DNA of 64,000 nucleotides from Paramecium tetraurelia (taxonomy: Eukaryota): positions 186,001 through 250,000 of the forward strand of contig CT868285.1 of NCBI GenBank assembly GCA_000165425.1, read 5' to 3'. The notes under the pieces are model-generated. The model saw nothing but the letters and a program-made list of their open reading frames with translations. It did not search any database and was not told the origin of the DNA. Shown here piece by piece: positions 1 through 17,200 of the stretch (positions are counted from its first letter, which is position 1; each line of letters begins with the position of its first letter). Made by a program: the position numbers and the translations under genes.

Positions 1-2869
<2,869 letters not shown>

Positions 2870-2941
2870 ACACTTTTATATTAAAATTAAATAAAAAATT
2901 GTATTAAATATTGGATATATTTATATTATTATGATGTACCA

Positions 2942-3509
2942 TCAATAAGGTTTGACAAATCCAGTAGGGAATTCTGTAGCTATCTTGAACTCCAACATCT
3001 CTGGAAATCTGTACCCCTTGTGATACAATTCCCTACTCAACACTTACCACAACCCTGGTTTCATGACAGATAATTAGGTTCTAAATTAATAATAATTTAA
3101 TACCTAATATATTGTCCATCGACCGTTGGATCCGCAACTATTTTAGTGAATAATTTATTTGGAATAGGAGCAGTGTAAGCTCTCCATAATACTAACATAT
3201 GTACAGATGCAAGTATGGGTCCATAAGCTTTATTAGCTCCCTTCCTATTAGAGCCTGCAAACAGCCATTATGTTCCAAGAAGCGAGAAAGGCAAAAAGGC
3301 TAATGGTGCTGAAACCACAATATCATTAAGCACTTGACTGCAATTCTTGAAATTGAACAGCATCTTGATGCTGATAATATCATATTCTATACTTCTCTAC
3401 TCAGATATTAATCCAATAAGACTTCCATAACTTCGAAATAAGACTCTATGCTCATGGCTATATCTGATCTAGTACCACCCACATAAGAGTAGAAGTTGTT
3501 CTTAAACAT
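2942..3509 (-). CDS. Small membrane protein, possibly a ciliate mitochondrial inner-membrane complex subunit
   Basis: ATG 3509 to TGA 2942 after removing two tiny introns. Two hydrophobic segments. Ends ...RFPEMLEFKIATEFPTGFVKPY*. Function is a guess. Confidence 0.55.
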
Positions 3510-3588
3510 TAATTATTTTTATATTTAATAATCTATAAAATTAAAAGTCATCTCAAATCAAACCTTTCAGTGCATAATTTCTAATTTC

Positions 3589-3903
3589 TCATACATCTTT
3601 CGATTGCTCTAAAGGTTTCAATTCATCAGCACCCTTCATCTAGAATAGTAGATTATAAATATCGATTGTATCAAGATCTAAGATTTCAGACTCCATCTAA
3701 TTTAATTCTTCATAACTCATCTTTGCCACAAATTCCTAAGACCATCTTCCCAGAATTATGTCCAATCCCTTCATTCCTAAATTTTGCATCTGTGCATAAG
3801 CATTTTTTTATAGGAATTTTTTTTCTTTGTGCCTGTTTAATAGAATAATATTTTTTGTAAATTATTCAACGACTCTTTTTGATATAAAACCCCTAGAAGC
3901 CAT
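3589..3903 (-). CDS. SDHAF2: Succinate dehydrogenase assembly factor 2 (Sdh5/SdhE family)
   Basis: QMQNLGMKGLDIILGRWSQEFVAKMSYEELNQMESEILDLDTIDIYNLLF resembles the Sdh5 pattern RGMxElDllLg..ms.eeL..y..lL. Basic N-terminus resembles a mitochondrial presequence. Confidence 0.75.
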
Positions 3904-4041
3904 TTTCTTATTAAAAATATTAATCTTATTATATATATGTCTAATCTGCTTTATAATAATTTAGGATAATTTTAATAGTTTTTACAAATAATTCATGCAC
4001 CTCAGATTATTTATTTTTATCTATTTTACTGCGAATTTCCA

Positions 4042-4576
4042 TCACTTCTTTTTAAAGCAGATTCTTCAAGAGTGATTTTCAATTTCCCTTTGAAAACACA
4101 AGTTTAGTATGATGCTCCTGAGAATCTAATACTTTGAGTTACTAATTATTTGATACTGATAAAGGAGTGTTGGAAATGAATCTATTATGCCTGTTAATTT
4201 TATATTTACTGTATTGAAAATTTTGTTATTGAGGAACTCCGATATTTCCCAAACATTCTATTTTATTATATATACCACTCATCTTTCGAGATGAATCAAT
4301 GATTTCTTTTATGATTAGACAAATTTTGTTACCAGCCAAATCCATTACTAGTATTCATTGTTTTTAATAACTAATCAAACGATGGTACACTATGAATATT
4401 TAAGTAAACCACCTTTTTCGGGGTTGAATATCTGTATTTAAAGAATTTTTGACTGATTTCTTAATTGAATTATCTTCTTAGTTACACTATTTAATTTTGA
4501 TTAGCTTCGACTATACATTCTTAGATATAAAGAATCTGGGAATTTGTTCAAATTGATATCTGCCTCCACAGCTCAT
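4042..4576 (-). CDS. Hypothetical protein
   Basis: Ciliate-code ORF MSCGGRYQFEQIPRFF... with at least one tiny intron. No recognisable motif. Confidence 0.45.
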
Positions 4577-5311
4577 ACATTCTTTTACTTAACATTAACG
4601 ATATAAGAAAATTAATAATTTAATTCTTCAATATTTTTTCAAGAAAGAAATTAATATTTTAGTCATTATTCTAAATTATCTCAAAGTTTTATATCATTAT
4701 TCTAGAATTAAATAACTTATAAATCTATACTTTAATGTATATTTATTAAGCATCAATTATTTCTCAAATTAGCCAATTTACTATAAACACAGAATGAATT
4801 TATTAGATATTCATATTTATTCATTTCAGATTTCTAAGAATATTTATTTCCTACGATAAAATCTTATTAATTTTATTCCCTCAAACCAATTTATTACTTT
4901 TTTTGTAATTGCATTATATAAGGAGTTAAATTACATATTATCATAAAATTTCACTATTTTCTCATATTTAATTAGAAATTCAAAATTAAAATAGCAAATT
5001 CTTAATTAAATAATAGGTCCCTCGAAAGTATTATTCTTCATCTATTACTCATCTATTTTAGAATTAATAATCTTACTATCTGCGGATTTTTTATTCTATT
5101 TATTTATTATGTTATGATAAATATCAGTTAATAGTTTTTTGTTAATCTATTTGATGTTTTGATATTTTATAAAAATAAACTGTTTTATTCTTACTTTGTT
5201 AAATCAAATTCTATAACATCAAAATTCTACTTAAACTCCTAAGCATAAAAAAATTTACAGAATTTATAGGATTATAAATTTAGATAATTATAAATAATAG
5301 TAAATTAAAAT

Positions 5312-6199
5312 ATGAAAAACGGCATATTGCTCAAAAATGAGTTATCATTTTCAGGAATCAAAAAACTTTTACTTCAATTAGATGAATTGTAGGAATTATA
5401 TCTAGCTATTATGGAATAGACTTAGATATAATTATAGAATATAAACTATTACTCAGATTGTAAACTCAATATAACTTAAATTTACTCATCCAATAAACCA
5501 CTTGAATTAATAGAAACATTGTAAAAGTATTTAATTGAAATGAAGCATCAGAAGAACCCAAAATACATAAAATTGAATAAAAAATCGAAATAACTAATAT
5601 TTAGTTTAACTAAAGCAAAATCTGTACAATAACAAATCAATTAATACCTAGAAATACTTTCTAATCTTATAAAAAAGTTAAAGTACAAAAAGGAATGCTA
5701 AATTTTAATTACTTCGATTTCTTTGATATTAAAAAAACGATAAAAATTTCAGCTTAAATTATTATAAAAACATAATCAACTTTCAGAAAACTTAAATTCA
5801 ATTTCACAGCTAGTAATAAATTAAGAAAATACTAATGACAATGTGAAATAGTTTCTAGAAATTAAAACTTTGTAGGACATTTTAGAGTAGAAGGTTGCTG
5901 TCAAAAGCCAAAGGAAAAAATAAGAAATAGAATCATTATCCCAAACAATCAAAATAAAATAGGAATGTGAAAATTCTGGTTTTTTTCATGATAAACAGAT
6001 AAATGAATAATAGTATTAAAGCTAATAATAAATATGTTACAATAATTTCATCTATTAAATGTATCAGTCGTATTGTTACTTCAATTAGCTTTAGTAAACT
6101 AAATTTAATATGTGGAATTCTTAATTATTTTATAATTAGAATCCTTTCATGTATCACTACTACCCTTAATTTCAATAAAATTTCTAATAATAAACATGA
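5312..6199 (+). CDS. Hypothetical coiled-coil protein with Q/N/Y/F-rich tail
   Basis: Start and TGA stop in the same frame (about 295 aa). No known motif. Confidence 0.55.
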
Positions 6200-7053
6200 G
6201 TTTAGTATTTTATTCATTCTTTACAATATTTAATTAAATATCTAAATACATCAAAATATATTCGCATTTTTTGCATTATAGAAGTTTATTTTAATCATTT
6301 TTGTTTCAAAATTTCTTTGCATCTTGAAATTCATACATAGAAACAGGTTTTATTAAATAAAAAGAAATAGGAAAAATTAATCATTTTATAAATGTAAAGG
6401 TTTTATTTAATAAAACAAGCTTATGAGATTAAGAATAGTATTTATATTAAAATAGTCTTAATCTACGATGATTACTTAGTTTGTGTTTATATAATCAAGA
6501 AGTTCTATTCACTTTTCCAATATTCCAGTCTTACTACTTACTCTAGATTAGTATATTTACCTAAGTCTTTTCTTGTTTTATAAACTCATAAACTTTTACA
6601 GAAAAATATATAAATTATTAATTATCTTTATTATTATTATTTATTTAATTTAGTTTAGTGCCCAGAAAACTCTGAGATTTAAGATAATTTGGATAAAAAA
6701 GCTTAACAAATGTTTTATGTATAGTTGCAAGCCTGAACAAAATAAACATAAAGAAATATCTGATATAAATTTCTAGTATTTAGTTTCCTAAGATAATAAA
6801 TTTAGGATTCTAGATAAAAACACTCAATGTAGATTTCAATTAAAATGAAAAACTATTCAACCAAGCTGAGAGATTAATAGGCAGATGGGGAAAATCCATA
6901 AATAGGAAAATTGTTAGATATTGAAATATATGAACTAAATTCTATTCTTAAAGACACATTTTATAATATTATATATAAATCATTAAATTAATTTAATTTT
7001 ATTATTTTATTTATCTCTGGAGTAGAGAAAAAACTATAAATTTTAATAATTTA

Positions 7054-8574
7054 ATGATTATATTTATGACTTTCCTCATGTTTTTAATAAAAGGTAAGCC
7101 TGATTATTGGGGATAACTAGATACTAATATAGAATACTAGATAAAATTGGATTACTCATCAAAAGCAAATAGTATAATAATAAAATTTTATGTGTCTTAA
7201 TCAAAAGCAGTGTGTTTAGTATCATAATCAAGTTTAGGATAAGTAGCATTTACAGATATAACTGATTCTAAAAGTGAATCTTATGCTCATGATTATTAGG
7301 GTTATTAAGCTAATAGTGTTTATTAATTAGTAGAAATAGACTTTTAATAACTATTATATATAAGATGTTTACAATCAGAATAAAATAATACAAAAAGTTC
7401 ATATGAATTATATATTGCAGAAAGACCATTTATACAATCTTGTATTAATGATTGTAATGGATATAATTACCCTGAAATTCAGAATTCTGTTTGCTTATCA
7501 AATTAATGTAATTGTTTAGATTCATATTATGGATTATTTTGTCAATTTTAATCATCTAAAATATTTAGCAATGTTTATTATAAATTAACAATAGAATCTA
7601 ATAAATGGATATATTTATATTATGAATTATCTACTACTAATATAGAATTATAAACACAGAATGAATAACAGGATGTATGTAAAGTATTTAATAATAATGT
7701 AGTTTATAGCTTAGTTTCTGGTTAAACACCTTAAAAAACAATACCAAATTTACAAAATAGTTATAAATTATTATCTATAGTAAATGTATAAGAACAAATA
7801 ATAATTATTGATGCTGACGTAATCTATATAGGAATTTATAATAATTAATCTGAATAAATTGAGTTTTAATTTAAAATAGTTACTTATTATGAAGATGATG
7901 AATCAGTATATGAACGCAATAAAATAATTATTATACTAACTGCTTGTGTTGTTGCAACTCTTTTATTATTTGCATTTGGAATTTCTGCATTAAGAACTAG
8001 AAAACATTAACAAATTCGTAAACAAGTATAAGAAACTATTCGGAGAAATCTAAATTAATAAGGAATTTCAGATTAATAATTATAATCTAATCGAGTATTT
8101 GATCCAGCTATTTATAAAGGTATATTAATATAATTAATATGATAAGGTTTTTAAATTAGATTTGTTAAAGATCATTTTAAAGCTCATTATTATGATAAAT
8201 TTATATAAATATATCCTGGATTATCATAATTTGAAGAATGTGCTGTTTGTTTAGAATAAATGAAAAATGCTAATCATAAATTATAAAAGATTTGTAGTGT
8301 TACTCCTTGTTTTCATATATTTCATTATATATGTTTATAAGAATGGTTACTGAGATAAAAGAATTGTCCATTTTGTAGAACTCAATATAATAGAAAAAAG
8401 ATAATATAGGAATTCCCTTGGATAGATATTGGAAATTTATAAATCAAAAATACTGATTCCAATTATCTAAGTAGAATAAAAAATTAATTAGAAAGTGTTA
8501 ATGAAAGTCGTATAGAATTAAATCAAAATTAATAATCAGAATAAACTAATCAATTATAAGAAATTAAAGATTGA
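7054..8574 (+). CDS. Type I membrane E3 ligase: signal peptide, EGF-like domain, TM, RING-H2
   Basis: Hydrophobic N-terminus; CINDCNG..CLSNQCNCLDSYYGLFC (EGF-like); TM IIIILTACVVATLLLFAFGISAL; RING-H2 CAVC..PCFHIFHYIC..EWL..CPFCR; introns near 7675 and 8120. Confidence 0.9.
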
Positions 8575-8622
8575 TTATAATTCATACTATAAATAATTAT
8601 GTCTCATAAATTCAATAGATTA

Positions 8623-8703
8623 GATGCTTTGGCCGAGTGGTTAAGGCGGCGGCCTGCTAAGCCGTTGGGATTTCCCGCGTGAGTTCGAGTCTCACAGGCA
8701 TCG
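8623..8703 (+). tRNA. tRNA-Ser(GCT)
   Basis: Acceptor stem GATGCTT/AGGCATC, D-arm TGGCCGAGTGGTTAAGGC, anticodon arm GCGGC-CTGCTAA-GCCGT, long variable arm, T-arm GTGAG-TTCGAGT-CTCAC. Confidence 0.97.
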
Positions 8704-8704
8704 A

Positions 8705-8719
8705 TTTTTTTATTTTTTT
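8705..8719 (+). terminator. RNA polymerase III oligo-T terminator
   Basis: Consecutive T runs immediately after the tRNA 3' end. Confidence 0.7.
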
Positions 8720-9407
8720 ATTTATTTTTTTGCTTTTTAACTCTATTTCACATATAGATTACATGGGATATTTTTGATAATAATTCTTCTCTATAGTAAT
8801 AAAGACAATTATCATGATATAGAATTGATATTTTATCAAATAGATATATGAAACTATTAAACAATGTCAGATAAAATAAGAAGTTTAACTTCAAAAACAA
8901 CTTCAAAATGCACTAACCAAATATTCTCATTTATGTTATATAGGTTTGGAAAATTTGCTTCCACTCCATAACGAGATAGATTTTAAATTCTTTTTTTATA
9001 GTTTGGATATCTTTGAATAAGTTAATATGATATTTTTGTAATTTTGTGTTAGTATGCTTTACCTATTAATAAATGCATGAGAATAATATATTAACTTAAA
9101 ACTGGTTAAACTTTTATTCAATAAGGGCTAAAGAAATCAAACTTTAACTAATTTTGTATATTAAATTTTATATATATCATACAATATCAAGCAACTTGAA
9201 ATACTTGTGCTTAATAAAAAATTAATTCATATATATTGATAGAATGTATTGAATTAATGAAATATATAAATTTATTTCAAGAAAAATGCACAATTGCGAT
9301 TTCAAAAGTTTATTATTTTTGAAGTTGCATATAAAATGCATAACAACATAAATATTTATAATTTACTTAAAGGTATCTAAAAATAACTAAATTTCATAAT
9401 TATTTTC

Positions 9408-12400
9408 ATGTCATAAACTTTGAATAAATTAGGAATTGAATACAAGGAGATCTCTTAAATTTAGGTTGAAGAAGCAAAACAATCTATAAAATAGATGAGG
9501 CTAGAATAGGTTTTGATTGGAGAGTGTGAAAATTTTGGTTGGCAAAATTTGGTAAACAGACATGATTTAATTACAATTAAAAGCCTAGAGAAATCATAAA
9601 AAGATTAGAAAAAAGCCTAAAATTCGACCTTATTTATATTTAGCAATAAGAATCCAATAAGGAGGGGAATAATAAAACTTATTCGAAATTAGTAAGATTA
9701 TTTCGAATAAATTTAGAAATTACACTTATTTTATAACTCTAATAGCTGCCATATGTCTGGTACCCTATTGCATAAATGAGAAAAGACTAGCAATAAGTAT
9801 TGAAGTAGTTTGTAATATTATATTTGGATTTGATATTCTTTTATTCATAATAGCATATGGAGTAATTTTGGATAAAAAAAGTTATCTAAGAGATTGTTGG
9901 AATATAGCGAATGTTTTGGCCTTCATTTTTACTTGGTTTATATTTTTGGAGGATAATAAAGTCAATGATGTTATAAAAACGATAAGACTTTTGAGATTAT
10001 TTAGATTGATTTAAGAAATACCTCTTCTAAGGATTTAGTTTACAGCTTATGTGAGTAGTTTCTTGAAATTAAAATAAGTTCTCATTCCGATATTTTTGGT
10101 GATGATTTACTTTGCAATAATTGGATTGCATTTATTTATAGGATTGACAGAAAGACGATGCCGAATAACACCAGAACCAGTCGATGGAGTTTGGCTAGCT
10201 GATGATGGAGTATTAAAACTTTGTGGAATATGGGATTGTCCTGAAAATCTTTATTGTGGAAGCCCAGAAGATTATGGGCTTCCTAAAAATGTTACTGAAA
10301 ATAATGTAGCTGAATTTAGTTGGGACTTTATCAGGTTTGATGACTTTTTTCATTCATTATTAGTGGTTTTTACATTTCTAAATGTTACAGGATGGTCTGG
10401 AACTACATTTATGGTAAATTTATAATTAATTTTAATATTAGTTTTGGAAAGCGATGACTACATATGTGACTGCAACCTATTTTTTAGTTTTAATTGTTCT
10501 ATTAGCATTTATATTATCAAATTTATTATTGGCTTTGTTTTATGAATCATTTATGGAAAAGTCCTCAATAAAAAACTCATCTAGTAAGGCTAAGAAATAG
10601 GAGTAAGAAATTGAGGAGGATTTGAAAAAGAAAAATTAAGAATAATTAATGAATAGATTGGCTCTTATGAGCAAGTAAAAGGGCCATTTAGTGAGTCACA
10701 ATTAATCCTTTAATGGCCAATTAAATTTTGAATAATAATTTCAGTTTGACTAGACAACCTTATAACAACCATAATAAAATAGATTTTTTGATTCTCTTTC
10801 AAATTCAAAAAATTTTAACTTTTTAAACAATTTATGTATAATTTTATCAGGCTTGGCTATCATAATAGATTATAAGGATATTTCTAAAACTGCTTTAGAA
10901 TAATTGCAGATCGTTGATTTTTTCTGTATTATCTACTCATTTATTGAGATGGCTATTTTAATTACAGGGAGAGGACTGAAAGGTTACTTTTCTAAAGACA
11001 TAAATAAATTTGATTTCTTAATTATCTCCACTTAATGGATTTTAGTTTTTGTGTTGGTTGTAATAGATGAACCCTTGATAATAAATCATACTGTATATGT
11101 AACTTTCTTTAAATCCTTAAAAATATTGAGAGTCTTTAGATTTGTATACAATGCTAAACTCTTTTATACAATAACATTATTGATGAGATCATTGGTTTTC
11201 ACATTGACTAGACTCAAAAATATTTTGGCTCTTTGGGCTTGTCTTGTAATTTTAATTGCAATAGTAGGAAAAAGTTTACTCTAGAATAAATTAAGAGAGG
11301 AAGAAATGACCATTTATTATGATGACTTTGGATCAGCCTTAATGGCTGCAGTTAATATATTTTATAACGAGGAATGGCATGTGACTATGTATAAATATGC
11401 TCTACATACTTATGTTTCATTTTTCTATTCAATTTTGAGTGTTATTTTGGGATAGATATTTTTCATAAGATTATTAATGGCAATATTTTTGAATGAATTT
11501 GTTTAGCAATTATAAAAAGTAGAGAATGAATTAAAACCAATTGATTTTAAGTAATTTATATTCGAAATTATTTAATGCTTTAAATCCAATAATAAATAAA
11601 ATTAGAAAAGAATAACCAATTATTAAACCTAAAAGTCAGATCAAATGAATTAATTAGAAGAATAAAATAATAAAAAAGAGAAAAAAGGAACTAGAAAAGA
11701 GAATAGGACAAATTCAATGATCAACAACAATATTCCTCAATAGGAACTTGAAGAACTATAAAACTGGCTATAAGTTGATTAACAGAAGCAAGATTAACAG
11801 GAAATAAAATCAAATTTAAGTAATAACAATAATTAAAATGAAAAGGAAAACCCTACTAATCTTAATTCGCCCATAAATAATGATAAAGCAGAGAAAATTC
11901 GTCAAATAGTTGATTCATTCATTTTCTAATTATTCTGTTTGCTTGTAGTTCTAGCCAGCACAATAAGGATTGGATTGTAAACCCCATTTCTTGATCCAAA
12001 TTCGAGTACAAGCCAAATATTATAAATAGTCAAAATTGTTGCAACCATACTATTTATAATTCAGATTATTCTAAATGTTATAGCGAGAGGCTTTATACTA
12101 GGAGAAAAATCATACATATAAAGATCCCCTTATAACGCATTAAATGTATTAGTGACATTAGTAGAAATTATCAGTCTATTTCTGCCCTCACACACAGTCT
12201 TTAACTTTTTTTCTAGTTTGAGAATTATTGAGTTTATAAGAATAGGAGCATTTTTGAGTTAGAGCATAAATTATATTTCTTAAGCATTGGTCAAGGCATT
12301 TCAAACAATGTTGTAACTAAGTATTTTTTGTTTTATAATATTACTTATATATGGTACATTTGCAACTAAGCTGCTTAAAGGATAAATGTATTATTGTTCG

Positions 12401-14221
12401 AGTTTGTCAGAGGAAGAAACAAATGAGATAAATGATAAATGGGATTGTATGGATTATGGAGGATCATGGGTAAATAGAATTTTAGGATATGATAATATAT
12501 TTGATAGTGCATTGACATTATTTATAACTGCAACAACTGAAGCATGGTTAGAATTATTAGTGCATACTTGGAGTGCCAGAGGGGTGAATTTAACTCCAGT
12601 TAACAATCATAACAGATGGTGGGCTGTATATTATTAAGTATTTTTCTTTATTGGAAACATCTGCATGCTCAATATGTTTATAAGTTTGGTGGTTGAAACA
12701 TACTAGTAGACAAAGATAAAGGCTCAAGGAATGTCAGAATTGAATAGTAATTAAAGAGAATGGTTGTAAATTAAGGAGAGTATTAATCATTTAAAACCAA
12801 GAAGATTGTATGCTAAACCAAAGACTAAACTTGGCTTATTCATTTTTAGTATAGCAGAAAGTAGAATCACTAAATATTTTTGGCATGCTCTCATTTTATT
12901 AAATACTTTTACTCTTGCGTTATATTACAACAGACAAGATAAGCAATTTTCTGATGCTTTAGATTATATAAATCTTATTTGCACATTAGCCTTCACTGTA
13001 GAGGTGTTATCAAGGGTGATTGCTAAATTTCCTAACATTTTAGATAGAGATCCTTTCATAATAGTAGATGTGATAGGAATTATCATCAATCTTGTAAATT
13101 AATTCAAGATATCACAACTGAATGATGAATTCTATCTTCAGAGAGGATTTGAAGCACTCTCTGTAGGATTTCAATTATTGCGAAACTACTACATCATAAA
13201 GTATGTATTTATTGTTTTAAAATATATAGACGATTTCCAGAATTGGAGAAACTGTTTTATACTATATTTTCTGTTGTTCCATCAGCACTGTCTATGTTAT
13301 TCATAATGTTTATATTTTTATTCATATTTGCTTGTTTAGGAATGGATCTATTTGGTTATCTTAGACCTCAATAGAAGATGGAGGGATTTGATTTACATTT
13401 TAAGAAGTTTACTACTGCTATGTTTTCGTTGATAAGAGTTGCTAGTTCCGAAGAATGGTGGGCTTTGCTCATTGATTCTGTTCATGTAAGAACTCCTGAT
13501 TTTGCTTGCATTTATATTAATGGATATGAGGAGTTTCAAGAATATGGCTATAATGGTTGTGGTACATATTGGGCATACGTGTTCTATGTATCTTTTCATT
13601 TGATATTTTCACTTGTGATTTTAAATTTATTCATTGCTTCTATTTTAGGAGCTTATGAAGAACATGCCAAATAAGAGTAGAGTGCGATATCCAAATATCA
13701 ATTGCATGATGTACTGAATTATTGGGCATAATACGATCCTGATGGCACTGGATTTTTGAACTATAAGCAATTCTGGAAGTTATCATCAGAAATTGCTATT
13801 TGTTTTGGGGTGCCTGTAAAAGAACTTTTGGACCCTGCCAATAAGAAGAATTTCCTTAAAGCTTTAAATATCCCTTTATATGAAGATGGAGAAGGGTTGA
13901 TTGGTTATCTCTTTCATGATGTCATTGTGAGTTTAACAAGATTGTCAGTAGAATTGAAATATGGTGTTCGAGAGTATATTATAATTAAATTATCATAGTT
14001 TGGAATCTGAGAACTTTAAGGGTAAGGAGTATGTTCATCATTATTACAAAAAATTCAAAACAAGTCCTTACAATAGTGGTTAGATGTCAACAATAATATT
14101 TTTATAAGGGAAAGCGAGAATGCTCATAAATAAAAGAAAAGGAATCAAATTTCTCGATTTAGGAGCATTAAAATAGGAACTTTAAGACTAGAATGAAGGT
14201 GACAAATTTGATAATTCTTGA
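9408..14221 (+). CDS. Four-domain voltage-gated cation channel alpha subunit (Cav/Nav/NALCN superfamily), copy 1
   Basis: Four 6-TM repeats. Pore loops NVTGW / YNEEW / TTEAW / SSEEW; YDNIFDSALTLF; DIV S6 LNLFIASIL; EF-hand-like WAQYDPDGTG. Introns at about 9692, 10414-10441, 13202 and 13974. Confidence 0.93.
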
Positions 14222-14269
14222 GTTATAATTATAATAATTAATATTGAAGAAATAAGAAAGATTATTACA

Positions 14270-17200
14270 ATGTCGTCCACTTATAAAAAATTGGGAATTG
14301 AATTTAAACCATTCACAAAAGACCAAATTTCTGACTCGATAACTTAGATTCAGTCTATGAGATTGGAATAGATACTTGTAGGTGAGAGTGAATAATTTGA
14401 TTGGAATAATCTACTTTAAAAGCCTGAGTTAGTTGATTGTGTGAATTTAGACTAAATTTAACCTGACATAGATGAAAATAAATAACCTGGCCAATTTAGT
14501 GCAAAAAAGACATTGTTTTTATTCAAAATTGATGATCCATTTAGAAGAAGCGTTACCTCATTTTTAAACAACAAGTAAAATAAGTTCTATAATTAGAGCC
14601 TTAAGTAATTTTATAATACTAATTACAATACTAAACATAGTTGCCTATTCTCTTCCTTAAAGTAAGATTTCTATTGGAATTGAAGTGGTTTGTAATATAT
14701 TCTTTGGCATTGAAATAATACTGAGAGTCATTTCTTAAGGGTTGCTATTTGAGGAAAACACTTATCTTAAGGATAAGTGGAATTGCATCCATTTTATATC
14801 CTTTATTTCTGGTTGGCTAGTACTTATTGACTTCGATCTTATTGGCCTAAAGATTCTGAAATCGATTAGATTATTAAGAGTTATTAGACTTCCTGAAGAA
14901 ATCTCCCCTCTAAAGAATTAATTGGAAGCATATATAAGCAGTTTTTCTAAGTTGGGAATAGTAATAGTACCATTTATTTTTTTTTTGCTTTATTTTAGTG
15001 TAATAGGATTGCATTTTTTTATGGGACTAACAACAATGAGATGTAGATTAACTCCTGCACCTGAAGATGGCAAATGGGAAGCTTCTGAGGAAGTACCATA
15101 TTTATGTGGTATCTACGAATGTCCTGGACATTTAACTTGTGGCAGCCCATATTAATATGGTTTAGAATGGGATTAAAAGGAAAATGATTCTGAAGAGTTT
15201 ATGTGGAATTTTTTAAGATTTGACAATTTACCTAATTCTTTGTTGGTAATTTTTACTTATTTTTGTTTAATTGGATGGTCAGAAACCAATTATATGGTAA
15301 TTATTATTGCTAGTAAGTTTAGTTTTGGAAAGCCATGACTACATATTTTACAGCTGGTTACTTTCTTTTAGTGTTAGTTTTCTTGGCCTTTATCTTTTCA
15401 AATTTATTGCTTGCTACTTTTTACGAATCTTTTATAGTAAAATCTTCTATAAAGAATTCCCATTAAAAAGTTAAGAAATAACAATAGTAAATTGAAACAG
15501 AAATCAATCAGAAAAAACAATAGTAAATGACTGACCGACTAGCACTTATGAGCAAAAAAAGAAAAAGTATGAAATAAGAATAAATGTAAAATGCAAACTT
15601 TACATTATTTTTTTAAGATCAATAATAAATTGGTTTCAAAAAAGGAATCTCATTTACTAATATCTCTAATGAACTTTCTGAATCAATATACTTTGCATTT
15701 CTCAATAACTTGGTAATTATCTTATGCACATTATCAATAGTGATTGATTATGATGGTATTGATAAAAGCATTCTTGTAAAATTATAAATCATAGAGTTTG
15801 CTTGCACTCTTTATTTTTATTTTGAATTGTCGATTTTCTTTTTTGCAAAAGGAATATAGAACTTTTTTAAAAAATCTGTAAACTACCTAGACTTTATAGC
15901 CATTATGTCATAAATAATATTATTTTGTATTTTGTATTTTTTGGATGAGAATGTGATCATAAATGAAAATAGAACCATTTAAGTCTTTAAAGCTATAAAG
16001 TTGATCAGAGTAATCAAGTTTTCATATTCAGCCAAAGTCTTTTACCACATTAGCATTTTGACTAGAGCAGCCATTCAAACAATAGCCAAACTCAAATCAA
16101 TAATTTCTTTATGGATCATCCTTGCTATATTTTTAGCATTGGTGGGAAATGCTTGGTTGTAAGACCAATTATCTGAACATGAAACTCCAATTCATTATAA
16201 CGATTTTAGTAATTCTTTAATGGCAGCATTCAGCATCTTCTACAATGAGGAATGGCATCTAACTATGTATAGATATGGGAGAGTTACTCCAATTTCATTC
16301 ATTTACCATATAATATCTATATTACTAGGATAAGTCATTTTCATTAAATTATTATCAGCAGTGTTCTTGAATGAATTTACAAAGCAAGTCAAAATCTAAG
16401 AATAGAACGTTAAGCCAATCGAGTATAAGTAGGCTGCCATCGATCTCATGGCAACGTTTAAATAATTTACGGTATCAAATAGTTAATTAATTTTAAGTCT
16501 TCAAGCTAACTAAGATCCACCCATTAATTAAGTAGGGGTATATCTAATTTTCCTGGCAATAGATCCTTAATTTAAAATGTAAGATAGGGTATTCTTAGAA
16601 ATCTGAAATTAAATAAGAAGATTACAAAGATAATTGTACCACAAAAATCATAATTGGAATTGGATAATCTGGATTTCTTAAAAGATTAGTAGTTAAACAC
16701 CAACAAACCATAATTCAACGAAATTGAGAATGATGAATTATTGCACTAACCATAAGCAATTTAATAAAGATCAAGAGATTTAAGCATTCAAATTGATTAA
16801 AATATTGTGTCCAGTTAACAATAAATTCAAACAAAGGTGTAAATGATGAAGACAATGTATGTATTTAATGTGGATAATTAATTCCGTTTGCATGTTTAGA
16901 TGATAATAAATTCGAGGATATTTAAAATATTGGGATTTATTGCTGTTGGATTATCTGCTATTAGAACTATGTTAGTAACTCCTTTGTTAGATCCCAATGC
17001 CGAGTTATACGCAAGTTTAGATATATTATACATAATAATAACAAGTTTATATTGCCTTTTTATATTTCTCCATATTGTGGCGCATGGATTGTATGGGAAT
17101 TCAAATGCTTTTTTAACCCAGTCATTTTATAATGTTTTAAATTTTGTAATAACTATTATTGAAATTGTTGTTGTAACTACATCCACTAGAAATCATGTTA

